The notes under the pieces: model-generated
The model's database searches: none
What the model was told of the DNA's origin: nothing
Seen by the model: the letters and a program-made list of their open reading frames with translations, nothing else
Position numbers and translations under genes: made by a program
DNA from: Oscillospiraceae bacterium
Lineage (GTDB): Bacteria; Bacillota; Clostridia; Oscillospirales; SIG627
NCBI GenBank assembly: GCA_015063985.1
Contig: SVTC01000005.1
Span: forward strand, 52,396 to 116,395
Direction: 5' to 3'
DNA length: 64,000 bases
Part shown: positions 26,816-34,569 of the stretch, in pieces
Layout of the letters: every line of letters starts with the position of its first letter
Numbering within the stretch: position 1 is the first letter of the stretch

Positions 26816-28252
26816 TTAAAGCTGATAGTGCCCAAAGCAGCTGAAATTTCTAAGTCCGGGGGTGATGCCCTTGGGATGGGACATGATTTTTATTCGCACG
26901 GCATAGGCCTTTACCTTTGCGGTCTCTCTGTAATCAACGGGAAGATCGCGGGTATTTTTTGAAGCGTCATAAAGGCAAAGCCAAGTTTTCTGCTCCTTGT
27001 CGGGGGAATATTCCACCTTGTAGCCAAAGGCTCCGGGCATAATTTTGTTTTGGCAGTCCATACCCACGTCTCTCCACATAAGGCGGAAGGCTCTGACGTA
27101 ATAGGCTGTGTCCGAGCCGAAGGGGACGGTGAGAGTGGGCTCTCGGTCATCCTCTCTTGGCTGCCACCAGCTGAGCATACTGTCATCGCAGGCATATATT
27201 CCCTCCCTTCCTTGGGCAAAACTGCTTGCTTGAGGGCGTTGATAAAGGGTGAGATTGAGCCAATGGGGGTCATTGTCGTCGCAAGAGCCGTCGGGGATGT
27301 AGCGGGGTTCTTCCGCGAGCTCCTTGCAGTAAAGCTCGCCGTTTTCGTCTATATATACCCGATCCATACTGATCCTGCGCTCAAAGGGATGGGCGTATCC
27401 GAGAACGTTGGTATAGAAAAGCCACAGAGAGTTGTTGGGGCCGTCGCAAAGGCATCCGTGGCCCGCACCCTTGACTATTCCGGTAGTCTTAAGGCTGAAC
27501 GGATCGTGCTTTTTTTGTTTTTTAAAGCCCGACAACGGGCCTTCATCTGAATAGCAGATCCCGTTGGCATAAGTGGGATATTCCGTTCCGCAGCCCGAAT
27601 ATAAAAGATAATATCTGCCGTTTATCTTCTTTGCCCACTGACCTTCTATCCAGCCGAGATTTGCGTTTTGGTTTCTTGCGCCGTGGCACTGCCAGCTTAC
27701 TTCAGGCTCAAAGCGGTTGATCTCCACGGGCTCGCTGATAAGTTGCCAAGGCTTGTCGGGACAAAGCTCTGCACCCAGCGTGCCATAAATTGCGCTTTTG
27801 TCCTTTTCATTTTTTGCTACTGCGTTACAGTAATAAATGAAAAGTCTGTCATTGTCGGCAAGAAAGCAGGCATCGGCGGGGCGAAGGGGCTTTCCGTTGG
27901 GCTTTGTGAGATGTCCCGCAACTTCAAAGGGGCCCGTGGGACTGTCGGAAACGTAAAGCTCACTCATTCCGTGGCCGTTAAGATACCATTTTCCGCGAAA
28001 TTGAACCACCGCAGGGCTGTATCTTAAGTGGGGGATGCCGATGTCGATTTTCTCCCAAGTGACAAAGTCACTGCTTTGATAAGCTACGGAATAGCTGGGG
28101 TAAAGTATCCATTTTCCTTCGTGGTAAACAACGCTTGGATCTGCTATCGAGCGATAGTCACCGCCCAAAGGATTGTCATTGTCGCTTTGTTGATCTAAAG
28201 CTCTTCCCGAAACAAGATCGGGTATGGCTAAAGGGTTGCAGTAAGTCTTCAA
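26816..28252 (-). CDS. Glycoside hydrolase family 43-like beta-propeller with a C-terminal beta-sandwich
   Basis: NPL....ADPSVVYHEGKWILY (catalytic Asp block), GWIEGQWAKKINGRYYLLYS (Glu block), no signal peptide. Confidence 0.7.
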   Translation of the reverse strand: MKTYCNPLAIPDLVSGRALDQQSDNDNPLGGDYRSIADPSVVYHEGKWILYPSYSVAYQSSDFVTWEKIDIGIPHLRYSPAVVQFRGKWYLNGHGMSELYVSDSPTGPFEVAGHLTKPNGKPLRPADACFLADNDRLFIYYCNAVAKNEKDKSAIYGTLGAELCPDKPWQLISEPVEINRFEPEVSWQCHGARNQNANLGWIEGQWAKKINGRYYLLYSGCGTEYPTYANGICYSDEGPLSGFKKQKKHDPFSLKTTGIVKGAGHGCLCDGPNNSLWLFYTNVLGYAHPFERRISMDRVYIDENGELYCKELAEEPRYIPDGSCDDNDPHWLNLTLYQRPQASSFAQGREGIYACDDSMLSWWQPREDDREPTLTVPFGSDTAYYVRAFRLMWRDVGMDCQNKIMPGAFGYKVEYSPDKEQKTWLCLYDASKNTRDLPVDYRETAKVKAYAVRIKIMSHPKGITPGLRNFSCFGHYQL

Positions 28253-28262
28253 TGGTTTGTCC

Positions 28263-28697
28263 TCATAGCTTTATTTTAACAACTGCTTTTCGGATAAGCT
28301 TTTGGCTTTCTTCGGCTTCTATGCCGGGGCGGTGTGCATCCTCGGGGAAGAAAACGGCAAAGTCGCCGTCCTTTAAGATGAGAGAGCATTTGGACTCTCC
28401 CTTTAAAAATACCACGTCCTTTTCGGGGTCATATTCAGCCAAGACAGACATATCCTCAAGAGGAGAAAAGTCGATCCTTTCCTTTCCCGAGATGATATAT
28501 TGGATGTCGATATATTTTTCGTGAGCCTCGAATTTTGCTTCATCGGGCTTTTTGGGGACGTTTTCCTGAACTATGGCAAAGAGCTTATCGCCGTCGATGG
28601 GGTATTTCCCCGCTTCGAGCTCCTTTGCGTTTTTTAAAAATTCAAATGCCTTTTCAAAGCCGTAACGCTCGGCGTATTTTATGCTTGAGAATATCAT
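28263..28697 (-). CDS. YhcH/YjgK/YiaL (DUF386, EbgC-like) family protein
   Basis: GKYPIDGDKLFAIVQE...FEAHEKYIDIQYIISGKE is the family signature. ATG 28697 (MIFSSIKY) is chosen over the ORF-track start. Confidence 0.75.
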   Translation of the reverse strand: MIFSSIKYAERYGFEKAFEFLKNAKELEAGKYPIDGDKLFAIVQENVPKKPDEAKFEAHEKYIDIQYIISGKERIDFSPLEDMSVLAEYDPEKDVVFLKGESKCSLILKDGDFAVFFPEDAHRPGIEAEESQKLIRKAVVKIKL

Positions 28698-28777
28698 TTT
28701 CTTTTCCTTTTCTTGATTTAAAGAATAAAGCCCTTGGCACCGAAGAATGAGCATCGGCACCAAGGGGGTCTTTTATT

Positions 28778-30484
28778 TTAAAGCTTTGCTTTTATGGCGG
28801 CGTTTACCTTTTCTCTCAGGTTGAGAAGGTACTGAGGATCGCGGGGGTAGTTATTAAATTCCAAAGGAGTGATTCCCTCATCGATAAGGGAAATAACAAA
28901 GTCGCGGGAATAAAGGCTTTCGCAAAGCTCCAAGGCTCTCTGATCCTGCAGAGCGTCGTAGAACACCTTAAGGCGCAGGGATTCGATGCAAGTGCAACGG
29001 GGACCGGGATATACGCTGAAGCAGTCGCCCGAGGGGGAGAAGCCGTCGCCGTCGGTGTTGTTCCAGGGGTTGAGGGGAGCGAAGGAATACTCGTTGAAAT
29101 AGAAGTTATAGCCCCAATGCAAAAAGCCCTTGACGTTATATTTATACATCTGTGCGCCGATGATACGGTTTCTTTCCGAGGGCATGCACATAAGTCTGTT
29201 GGACAGACCCTCTCCCGAGCCGCAGCAGTAATAGGTCCAGCGCTCTTTTACATCTCTGTCAAGAAAATCCTGTACCGCGCCGTTGTGGGGAATGGGGATC
29301 CGGCAAAGACCCTGATCGAAAAACTCAACGTGGCTCATTGCGTCAATGATGGGGTAATCCTTAACAAGAGGATAAAGCAGATCTCTTGCCGCCTTGTAGG
29401 AGTCAAGATGCTTTTGGGAGGGCTCGTCGGAAACGTGGAAATACATTCTCTTGTCGCAGTTCTTTTCCTTCATGTGGGCTATGAATTGGGGAATGAAGGT
29501 CCTTAAGAAGCGGCTGTATTCCTCGCCTGTGGCGGCGGTATCCCAGCCGAAGATGCGGCGGTATTCTCCGTCCACGGTCGCCATTACCTTGGGGCAGTTG
29601 TGACAGCCCCACTGAGTGAACATATGGTTTATTTCAAAATATTCCACACCCACCTTGTCGCAAAGGGCGATCCACCTATCAAGCTTTTCAAAGCCGAAGG
29701 AATATTCCCCGTTATTGAGAGCTACGTCGATAAGCTGAGTAGTGGGGCGCTCCAAGCCGGGAGCGGTGTCCAGAGGGGGAGTGAACAGAGGAGTGAGGAT
29801 CATATTTATGCCGTTTTTGACGGCGGTCTTCATAAAGCTTTCTATGGCGAGCCAATGCTTATCGTCGAAGCTTTCCGTTTCGTAGTATACCTGCAGGCAA
29901 TCGCAGTAGAACCACTGGGTGAACTTTGTGGTCTGGGCGGGAAGCATTGCGTCGATGACCTCCACTGTAAGAGTCGCCTCGCAGGGCTCGTATTGGGGAT
30001 CGAGCTCCATGGTGTTATTCGCCTTTGTACGTCTTAAACGCAGGGTGATGGGGTAAACTCCCGCCTTCAAGCCCTCGCCCTCGATATCTATCCAGAGGCT
30101 GTTGAGGTGATTATACACCATAAGCCTGTTGCCGTCCATGGGAAGGAGTGCATCGGGATAAAGACCGACATCGGTCCTTGTCATACCGCTGTCGCAGTGA
30201 TCCTTGTAGATGGGCATAAGAGAGGGAACGTGGGACACTCTTCTGACCTTGATAAAATCCTTGATGGGGCTTTCTATTTCAAGCTCGGCGGTCCGGAAGT
30301 GCATTGAAAACTTTTGTCGGGGATCGAGACAGTAAGCCATCTGGAAGCTTGCTCTTTCGTTTTTCAGCATGGAAAAGCTTTTTATTTCGCGCTTTGTTTT
30401 GATGTTTTCGTTATGATAGCATTTTTCCAGGGAGGATACTATTTTTGTGAGCATAGTGCTGTGAATAAGGGCGGTTTCCTGCAT
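28778..30484 (-). CDS. DUF4091-type (GH123-like) putative glycoside hydrolase
   Basis: About 568 aa with TIM-barrel-like blocks (INMILTPLFTPPLD, HVSDEP). The start is set to ATG 30484 (MQETALIHS) because the longer ORF runs into the 3' end of the upstream gene. The family label is from memory. Confidence 0.55.
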   Translation of the reverse strand: MQETALIHSTMLTKIVSSLEKCYHNENIKTKREIKSFSMLKNERASFQMAYCLDPRQKFSMHFRTAELEIESPIKDFIKVRRVSHVPSLMPIYKDHCDSGMTRTDVGLYPDALLPMDGNRLMVYNHLNSLWIDIEGEGLKAGVYPITLRLRRTKANNTMELDPQYEPCEATLTVEVIDAMLPAQTTKFTQWFYCDCLQVYYETESFDDKHWLAIESFMKTAVKNGINMILTPLFTPPLDTAPGLERPTTQLIDVALNNGEYSFGFEKLDRWIALCDKVGVEYFEINHMFTQWGCHNCPKVMATVDGEYRRIFGWDTAATGEEYSRFLRTFIPQFIAHMKEKNCDKRMYFHVSDEPSQKHLDSYKAARDLLYPLVKDYPIIDAMSHVEFFDQGLCRIPIPHNGAVQDFLDRDVKERWTYYCCGSGEGLSNRLMCMPSERNRIIGAQMYKYNVKGFLHWGYNFYFNEYSFAPLNPWNNTDGDGFSPSGDCFSVYPGPRCTCIESLRLKVFYDALQDQRALELCESLYSRDFVISLIDEGITPLEFNNYPRDPQYLLNLREKVNAAIKAKL

Positions 30485-30638
30485 AGCGGTATCTCCTTTT
30501 TTGAGGCATTTAGGCATTTTTCTCATTTTAACATTAAAGGGTGGCTTTGTCAATGTAAAATGTGGTTTTGCTTTTGTAAAAAAGCCGTAAAATGCAATAA
30601 AAAAGCCCGCACCCCATAAGAGGTGCGGAGCTTGATGA

Positions 30639-31451
30639 TCAAAATCCTGATCCCAGTATGGCTTCGCCGAAGATCTCGGCAAGGAGCCTCCAAAGCTCAC
30701 CGCTGTAGATTGCGGGAATTACGACGGAAAAGAAAAAGCTCAAAGCGAGGACGAAGCATATCAGTGCGAAGACCAACAGTGCCTTGAAGCAGTTCCTTTT
30801 ATTCTCCTTTTTGCTTCCGAAGGCAAATACGAACATACAGACCAAATTCACCACGGGTAAAAGCATAAGTAAGAAGGTCCAGAACCATTCGCCAAAGCTT
30901 ACTACATCCTTGGACTTATCCGCCTGAGGCTGAGGAGCCTGCTGATAGGGGTTATACTGAGTGTAGGGATTGGGCTGCTGATAGGGATTGTATTGCTGAT
31001 TGTAGGGGTTGGGCTGCTGATAGGGAGTTTGCTGATTATAGGGGTTAGGCTGCTGATAGGGGTTGTACTGAGGCTGGGGAGCTGCCTGATAAGGAGCCTG
31101 CTGAGGAGCCTCGGGCTGATAGGGAGCCTGCTGGGGAGCCTCGGGATGATATGGAGCCTGCTGGGGAGCCTCGGGCTGATAGGGGACCTGCTGGGGAGCC
31201 TCGGGCTGATAGGGAGCCTGCTGGGGAGCCTCGGGCTGATAGGGGACCTGCTGAGGAGCCTCGGGCTGATAGGGAGCCTGCTGAGGAGCCTCGGGCTGAT
31301 AGGGAGCCTGCTGGGGAGCCTCGGGCTGATAGGGAGTCTGCTGAGGAGCCTCGGGCTGATAGGGAGTCTGCTGAGGAGCCTCGGGCTGATAGGGAGCGTC
31401 CTGCGCGGGCGCGTTCTGAGGATCAAAGGGAACGTTGGGATTATTATTCAT
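30639..31451 (-). CDS. Pro/Gln/Tyr-rich tandem-repeat protein with a C-terminal multi-TM anchor
   Basis: Ten copies of PYQPEAPQQ(T/A/V), then NPYQQ-type degenerate repeats, then hydrophobic helices (WFWTFLLMLLPVVNLVCMFVFAF, ALLVFALICFVLALSFFFSVVIPAI). Confidence 0.7.
   Translation of the reverse strand: MNNNPNVPFDPQNAPAQDAPYQPEAPQQTPYQPEAPQQTPYQPEAPQQAPYQPEAPQQAPYQPEAPQQVPYQPEAPQQAPYQPEAPQQVPYQPEAPQQAPYHPEAPQQAPYQPEAPQQAPYQAAPQPQYNPYQQPNPYNQQTPYQQPNPYNQQYNPYQQPNPYTQYNPYQQAPQPQADKSKDVVSFGEWFWTFLLMLLPVVNLVCMFVFAFGSKKENKRNCFKALLVFALICFVLALSFFFSVVIPAIYSGELWRLLAEIFGEAILGSGF
31095..31394. repeat. 30-bp coding tandem repeat, 10 copies
   Basis: Unit cctgctg(a/g)ggagcctcgggctgataggg(a/g)(g/a)c on the + strand, in frame on the minus strand. 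Variation sits mostly at the 10th codon (T/A/V) and at silent sites. Confidence 0.9.
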
Positions 31452-31516
31452 GGTTACTTCCTCCGTAGTTTTCTGTGTTCAGTATATACCAAAAATGCCG
31501 TTATGTCAATAGGAAT

Positions 31517-31603
31517 TTTATTGCGGTTTGCATATACCGCAAGGGGTGTAGCCTTGGGAAGTAAGCTCGGAAAGGCTTCCTTCGAACAGCTTTTTATTTT
31601 CCT
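31517..31603 (-). pseudogene. Remnant encoding only the C-terminal Zn-finger-like tail of an EndA-type nuclease paralog
   Basis: It translates to LEENKKLFEGSLSELTSQGYTPCGICKPQ*, compared with REENKRLFTGDIRELTEQGYTPCGICKPQ* at the end of 32110-32982. The first 40 nt (31517-31556) are identical to 32109-32148. Confidence 0.75.
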
Positions 31604-32068
31604 CTAAAGTAGGGGAGGGGCTTGCTCCTCCCGTTTTTTATGCAAAAATATAATCGCATGGATATGATCGGGCATAATGACGTAATCCTCAATGGTTACA
31701 TCGGGAAATCGGGTTTCTATTGATTGTAGTTGTTCTTTTGCGATTTCGCCGCAAGGTTTTAATTTGACCGTGATTTCGGGAGGAGCAAGCCCCTCTACAT
31801 CGGGAGGAGCAAGCCCCTCTACATCGGGAGGAGCAAGCCCCTCTACATCGGGAGGAGCAAGCCCCTCTACATCGGGAGGAGCAAGCCCCTCCCCTACAGA
31901 GAGACCGTTTGATTTATCGGTAATTGTAAGGTCTGTTTTGACTATTTCGGATAAAATATGCATTCTGTCACGGATACATATCGTAACAAAATATGCACCT
32001 GCGGAGCTGTAGTCAAAATTTTTTAGCCTTGTCGATTTTCTTTTCGGCAATTCGTTTTCGTTGTCCAT
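31604..32068 (-). mobile_element. RAYT-type transposase paralog, truncated after the HUH motif and carrying an in-frame tandem REP array
   Basis: ATG 32068 (MDNENELPKRKSTRLKNFDYSSAGAYFVTIC..) and HUH motif VIMPDHIHAIIF. The ORF ends at ..KKREEQAPPLL* inside an inverted REP2 copy. The C-terminal Tyr-containing half is absent. Confidence 0.7.
31778..31895. repeat. 24-bp tandem repeat (4 full copies plus 1 partial) of a second REP-like hairpin unit
   Basis: gggaggagcaagcccctctacatc x4, then gggaggagcaagcccctcccc. On the minus strand it encodes (EGLAPPDV)n. An inverted copy ggggaggggcttgctcctccc lies at 31612-31632. Confidence 0.9.
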
Positions 32069-32109
32069 TTTTATCACCCATTTCTTGTGAAGGCAAAGAG
32101 AATTTCGGT

Positions 32110-32982
32110 TTATTGCGGTTTGCATATACCGCAAGGGGTGTAGCCTTGCTCCGTGAGCTCTCGGATATCTCCCGTGAAGAGTCTTTTGTTTTCCTCCCGC
32201 ATAGACTCGACGCCGCTGCATTGGGGAAGGTGGATCTTTTTGGAGGAGAGGTTTAAAACGTACTCTCCCTCGGTGCTTGCGGATCGGGAGACTTGAGGTG
32301 CAAGACGGTTGGAGCCGTCGGAATAATCTATTATCACGCCCGTTTCCACGTTAAAGACGAAAACGTCAAAGCACACGCCCTCGCCCTCGTCCTCCACGGA
32401 AAAGCCCTCCATTCTGACTCCTCTTGCCACAAGCTCATCTCCCGAAAAAACGGGAGTGACTCTGTACATAACGTGGTTGGAGGTCTCTCTTACGTAGTCC
32501 GCCACAAGATTTTCAAAGGGGAGCATACCCAATACGTTCATCGAGCGGGTGCCGGTGATGAGGTTCTTCTCGTTGGCGTTTTCTCCCGCAAGCTGAAAGC
32601 CTATAAGATGACAGCGGTTATAGAGGTACTTGCCGTCCACAAAATCGTATTTTGCGGTCTGCCAGCCCGAGGGCTTTATCATACCTATGCTTTCTCTGTC
32701 CTCGGTGGGCATGATATCCCTGCCTATACAGGCGTGGGTGACGGTGCATCTGCCAAGTTCGTCAAGCTCGCCGTAGTATTCGTAGCTTTTATCGGTGAGC
32801 TTATCAAACTCGGGTACGTTATCGCCTATTGCCTCGTAGGGCGAGCCTTTGTATTGGGGAATGGCGTCAAGGGTGGACGGCAGGGTCTGCAGAGGCGGAT
32901 CGGAGGGTGCTGAGTGGGGAGGGTTGGTGCAGGAGCAAAGCAAAAAAAGGCAAAGAAGGATAAGGGCGAGCTTTTTTGTCAT
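32110..32982 (-). CDS. Secreted DNA/RNA non-specific endonuclease lipoprotein (EndA/NucM-like) with a C-terminal H/C-rich tail
   Basis: ATG 32982 with lipobox MTKKLALILLCLFLLCSC. The core NRCHLIGFQLAGENANEKNLITGT resembles DNA-entry nuclease (Endonuclease_NS_2-like). Tail: KKIHLPQCSGV...GYTPCGICKP. Confidence 0.7.
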   Translation of the reverse strand: MTKKLALILLCLFLLCSCTNPPHSAPSDPPLQTLPSTLDAIPQYKGSPYEAIGDNVPEFDKLTDKSYEYYGELDELGRCTVTHACIGRDIMPTEDRESIGMIKPSGWQTAKYDFVDGKYLYNRCHLIGFQLAGENANEKNLITGTRSMNVLGMLPFENLVADYVRETSNHVMYRVTPVFSGDELVARGVRMEGFSVEDEGEGVCFDVFVFNVETGVIIDYSDGSNRLAPQVSRSASTEGEYVLNLSSKKIHLPQCSGVESMREENKRLFTGDIRELTEQGYTPCGICKPQ

Positions 32983-33362
32983 TTTTTCAGGTATCTCCTT
33001 TTTGTGATGCATTTATGGGTGGGGGAGGAAAGCTCCAGAGTCTCTGTCAATTGGAATTTGCCGAGGTCTATATTTAAAAATTTATCCGCGGGATAAAGAC
33101 GGTTCCAGAAATAAAGAATAAGCTCCGTAAAGGGATAGTCGCTGCAGTCCCCGTACTCCAAAAATAAAAGTGAGGCGGGCTCGTCGGGGCTGTAGAGCCT
33201 TACCCGAGGATCGTCCTTAAAAAGTCTTTGGGAGAAGGGAGTAACTGCCATGATGCCGCCACCCTCCGCTATCATATCCTCGTATACCGCTCTGTCGCGG
33301 CTCTGTCTTCTGTTATTGAAGCTCATTCCCATACGGTCGTCAACACAAATGGCTATTTTCAT
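32979..33362 (-). CDS. Small cytoplasmic protein of unknown function (weak DHFR/RibD_C-like N-terminal pattern)
   Basis: 127 aa, MKIAICVDDRMGMSFNNRRQSRDR... Its TGA overlaps the nuclease ATG (ATGA at 32979-32982). It starts 11 nt after the upstream gene. Confidence 0.55.
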   Translation of the reverse strand: MKIAICVDDRMGMSFNNRRQSRDRAVYEDMIAEGGGIMAVTPFSQRLFKDDPRVRLYSPDEPASLLFLEYGDCSDYPFTELILYFWNRLYPADKFLNIDLGKFQLTETLELSSPTHKCITKRRYLKK

Positions 33363-33373
33363 TTTTTGTCCTT

Positions 33374-34429
33374 TCAGCGGGGAATAATATCCTTAAGGGT
33401 GTTTATCAATTCTCTGTCGCCCATACGGTGCACCGAGCTTATGAGCCTTATGTCCATATCCCTTGCCCTTTGCTCCAGCCTTTGGCGTGCCTGAGGGCTG
33501 AGCTTGCCCATGGCGGTGGCGACCACCGCCTTAAGGTGATCCTCGGGGCAAAAGTGCTCGGCGACTGCTGACAGCTTATAAAGCTCGTTTTCGTCAAAGG
33601 AGCCGTTTTTGCAGCTTATAAAGGAGAGTTTTGCATTGCGGCTTATAAGGACGTCCACCTCGTTGTTGGTGTCGTTTCCCCGTTTTTCTCCGTCCCAATC
33701 AAGAACTGCGCCCATTACCGCGTCGTCGCAAAGCTCTCTCACTGCCCAAAGCACCTTTGCTTCAAGGGCGTTGCCCGCCTTCAGTATAAAGTCGCCCCTT
33801 TCCATAAGGATCCCGTTTTGGGTCTCGATGCAAAGGGACTGCCTTTCCAGCTCTCCTATGAGCCATTTTGAATGGGGACCGGGCGGTCTTTTGAATGCAT
33901 AGCTTCCGGGGGAGGCTTTTTCTATGGCGCCGTTAAGCTCGGTGATGGCGCGGTTATATCTGTCGGGGTCCTTTTTAAGTATCCTCCAGAGCCTTTGGCT
34001 GAGCTCGGGGTCCTGGCTTTGGCTGCTTTCCACTGAGCCTCCCATTAAAGCCACGGTCTCGCTCACGCTTATCGCGGGGGCGTTGGAGGGAGAGGAGAGG
34101 GTGCCGAGGGCATCGGGGTGCTTTTGCATCATCTTACCGAGGGCAAGAAGCATAAGCCCCTCGGAGCCGCGGGTATCGGCAACACAGTCGCCGTGGGCGG
34201 ATATGATCCCTTCCAGAGTGCTTTCCAGACAGTTAAGATCCTCGGTGTTGCAGGGGCACCAGAGTATTTTCTGATCGGGCCTTCTTTTTTTGAAGAAGGC
34301 TTCTGTGGGGGCCTTGTATTTTTTCAGTGCCGCGGGAGAGACAAGATACACCAAAAGCTCGGGAGAATGCTCCAACGCGCTGACCACGTTGTGAATGCTT
34401 TTTTCCCTGAAGAGTTCAATGAGAGTCAT
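33374..34429 (-). CDS. Card1/Can2-like protein: CARF-like N-domain plus PD-(D/E)xK (DUF1887-type) nuclease domain
   Basis: ATG 34429 follows AAGGAG. N-terminal blocks LIELFREKSIHNVV and CVADTRGSEGLML resemble the CARF/DUF1887 patterns (..SEQ.IPNV.., D.TGGTK.M). C-terminal blocks are GNALEAKVLWAV, then NEVDVLISRNAKLSFISCKNG (33608-33661), i.e. D...S-x-K where the family has E-x-K. Confidence 0.55.
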   Translation of the reverse strand: MTLIELFREKSIHNVVSALEHSPELLVYLVSPAALKKYKAPTEAFFKKRRPDQKILWCPCNTEDLNCLESTLEGIISAHGDCVADTRGSEGLMLLALGKMMQKHPDALGTLSSPSNAPAISVSETVALMGGSVESSQSQDPELSQRLWRILKKDPDRYNRAITELNGAIEKASPGSYAFKRPPGPHSKWLIGELERQSLCIETQNGILMERGDFILKAGNALEAKVLWAVRELCDDAVMGAVLDWDGEKRGNDTNNEVDVLISRNAKLSFISCKNGSFDENELYKLSAVAEHFCPEDHLKAVVATAMGKLSPQARQRLEQRARDMDIRLISSVHRMGDRELINTLKDIIPR

Positions 34430-34514
34430 TTGGGGCTCCTTTTTCTTTGATAGTTTAATTATACACTCTTTTTTTCTGCGTGGCAAGAGAAAAAGGCTTT
34501 TTTGATATCAACGC

Positions 34515-34543
34515 TTGACACAAATCGGCAAAGAGGATATAAT
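34515..34543 (+). promoter_or_regulatory. Consensus sigma-A promoter for the IMPase/HAD genes
   Basis: TTGACA (34515-34520), 17 nt, TATAAT (34538-34543). Confidence 0.65.
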
Positions 34544-34569
34544 CTATTTATCAATAGCGAGGTGTTAAA

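Noticed and set aside
30993-31607. + strand ORFs (LLGSLGLIG.. and EPAGEPRADR.. repeats) across the 30-bp tandem array
   Set aside because: They are open only because the repeat lacks stops in several frames. The minus-strand frame continues into a coherent TM domain and has a start codon with upstream signals.
31612-31640. A hairpin plus T-run (ggggaggggcttgctcctccc gtttttt) that looks like a + strand terminator
   Set aside because: There is no + strand gene upstream to terminate. The sequence is an inverted copy of the REP2 unit and forms the 3' end of the truncated RAYT2 ORF on the minus strand.
31081-31895. A possible CRISPR array suggested by regularly spaced repeats
   Set aside because: Both repeat sets (30-bp units at 31095-31394, 24-bp units at 31778-31895) are head-to-tail tandem repeats without spacers, and both lie inside ORFs. 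No cas genes are nearby.
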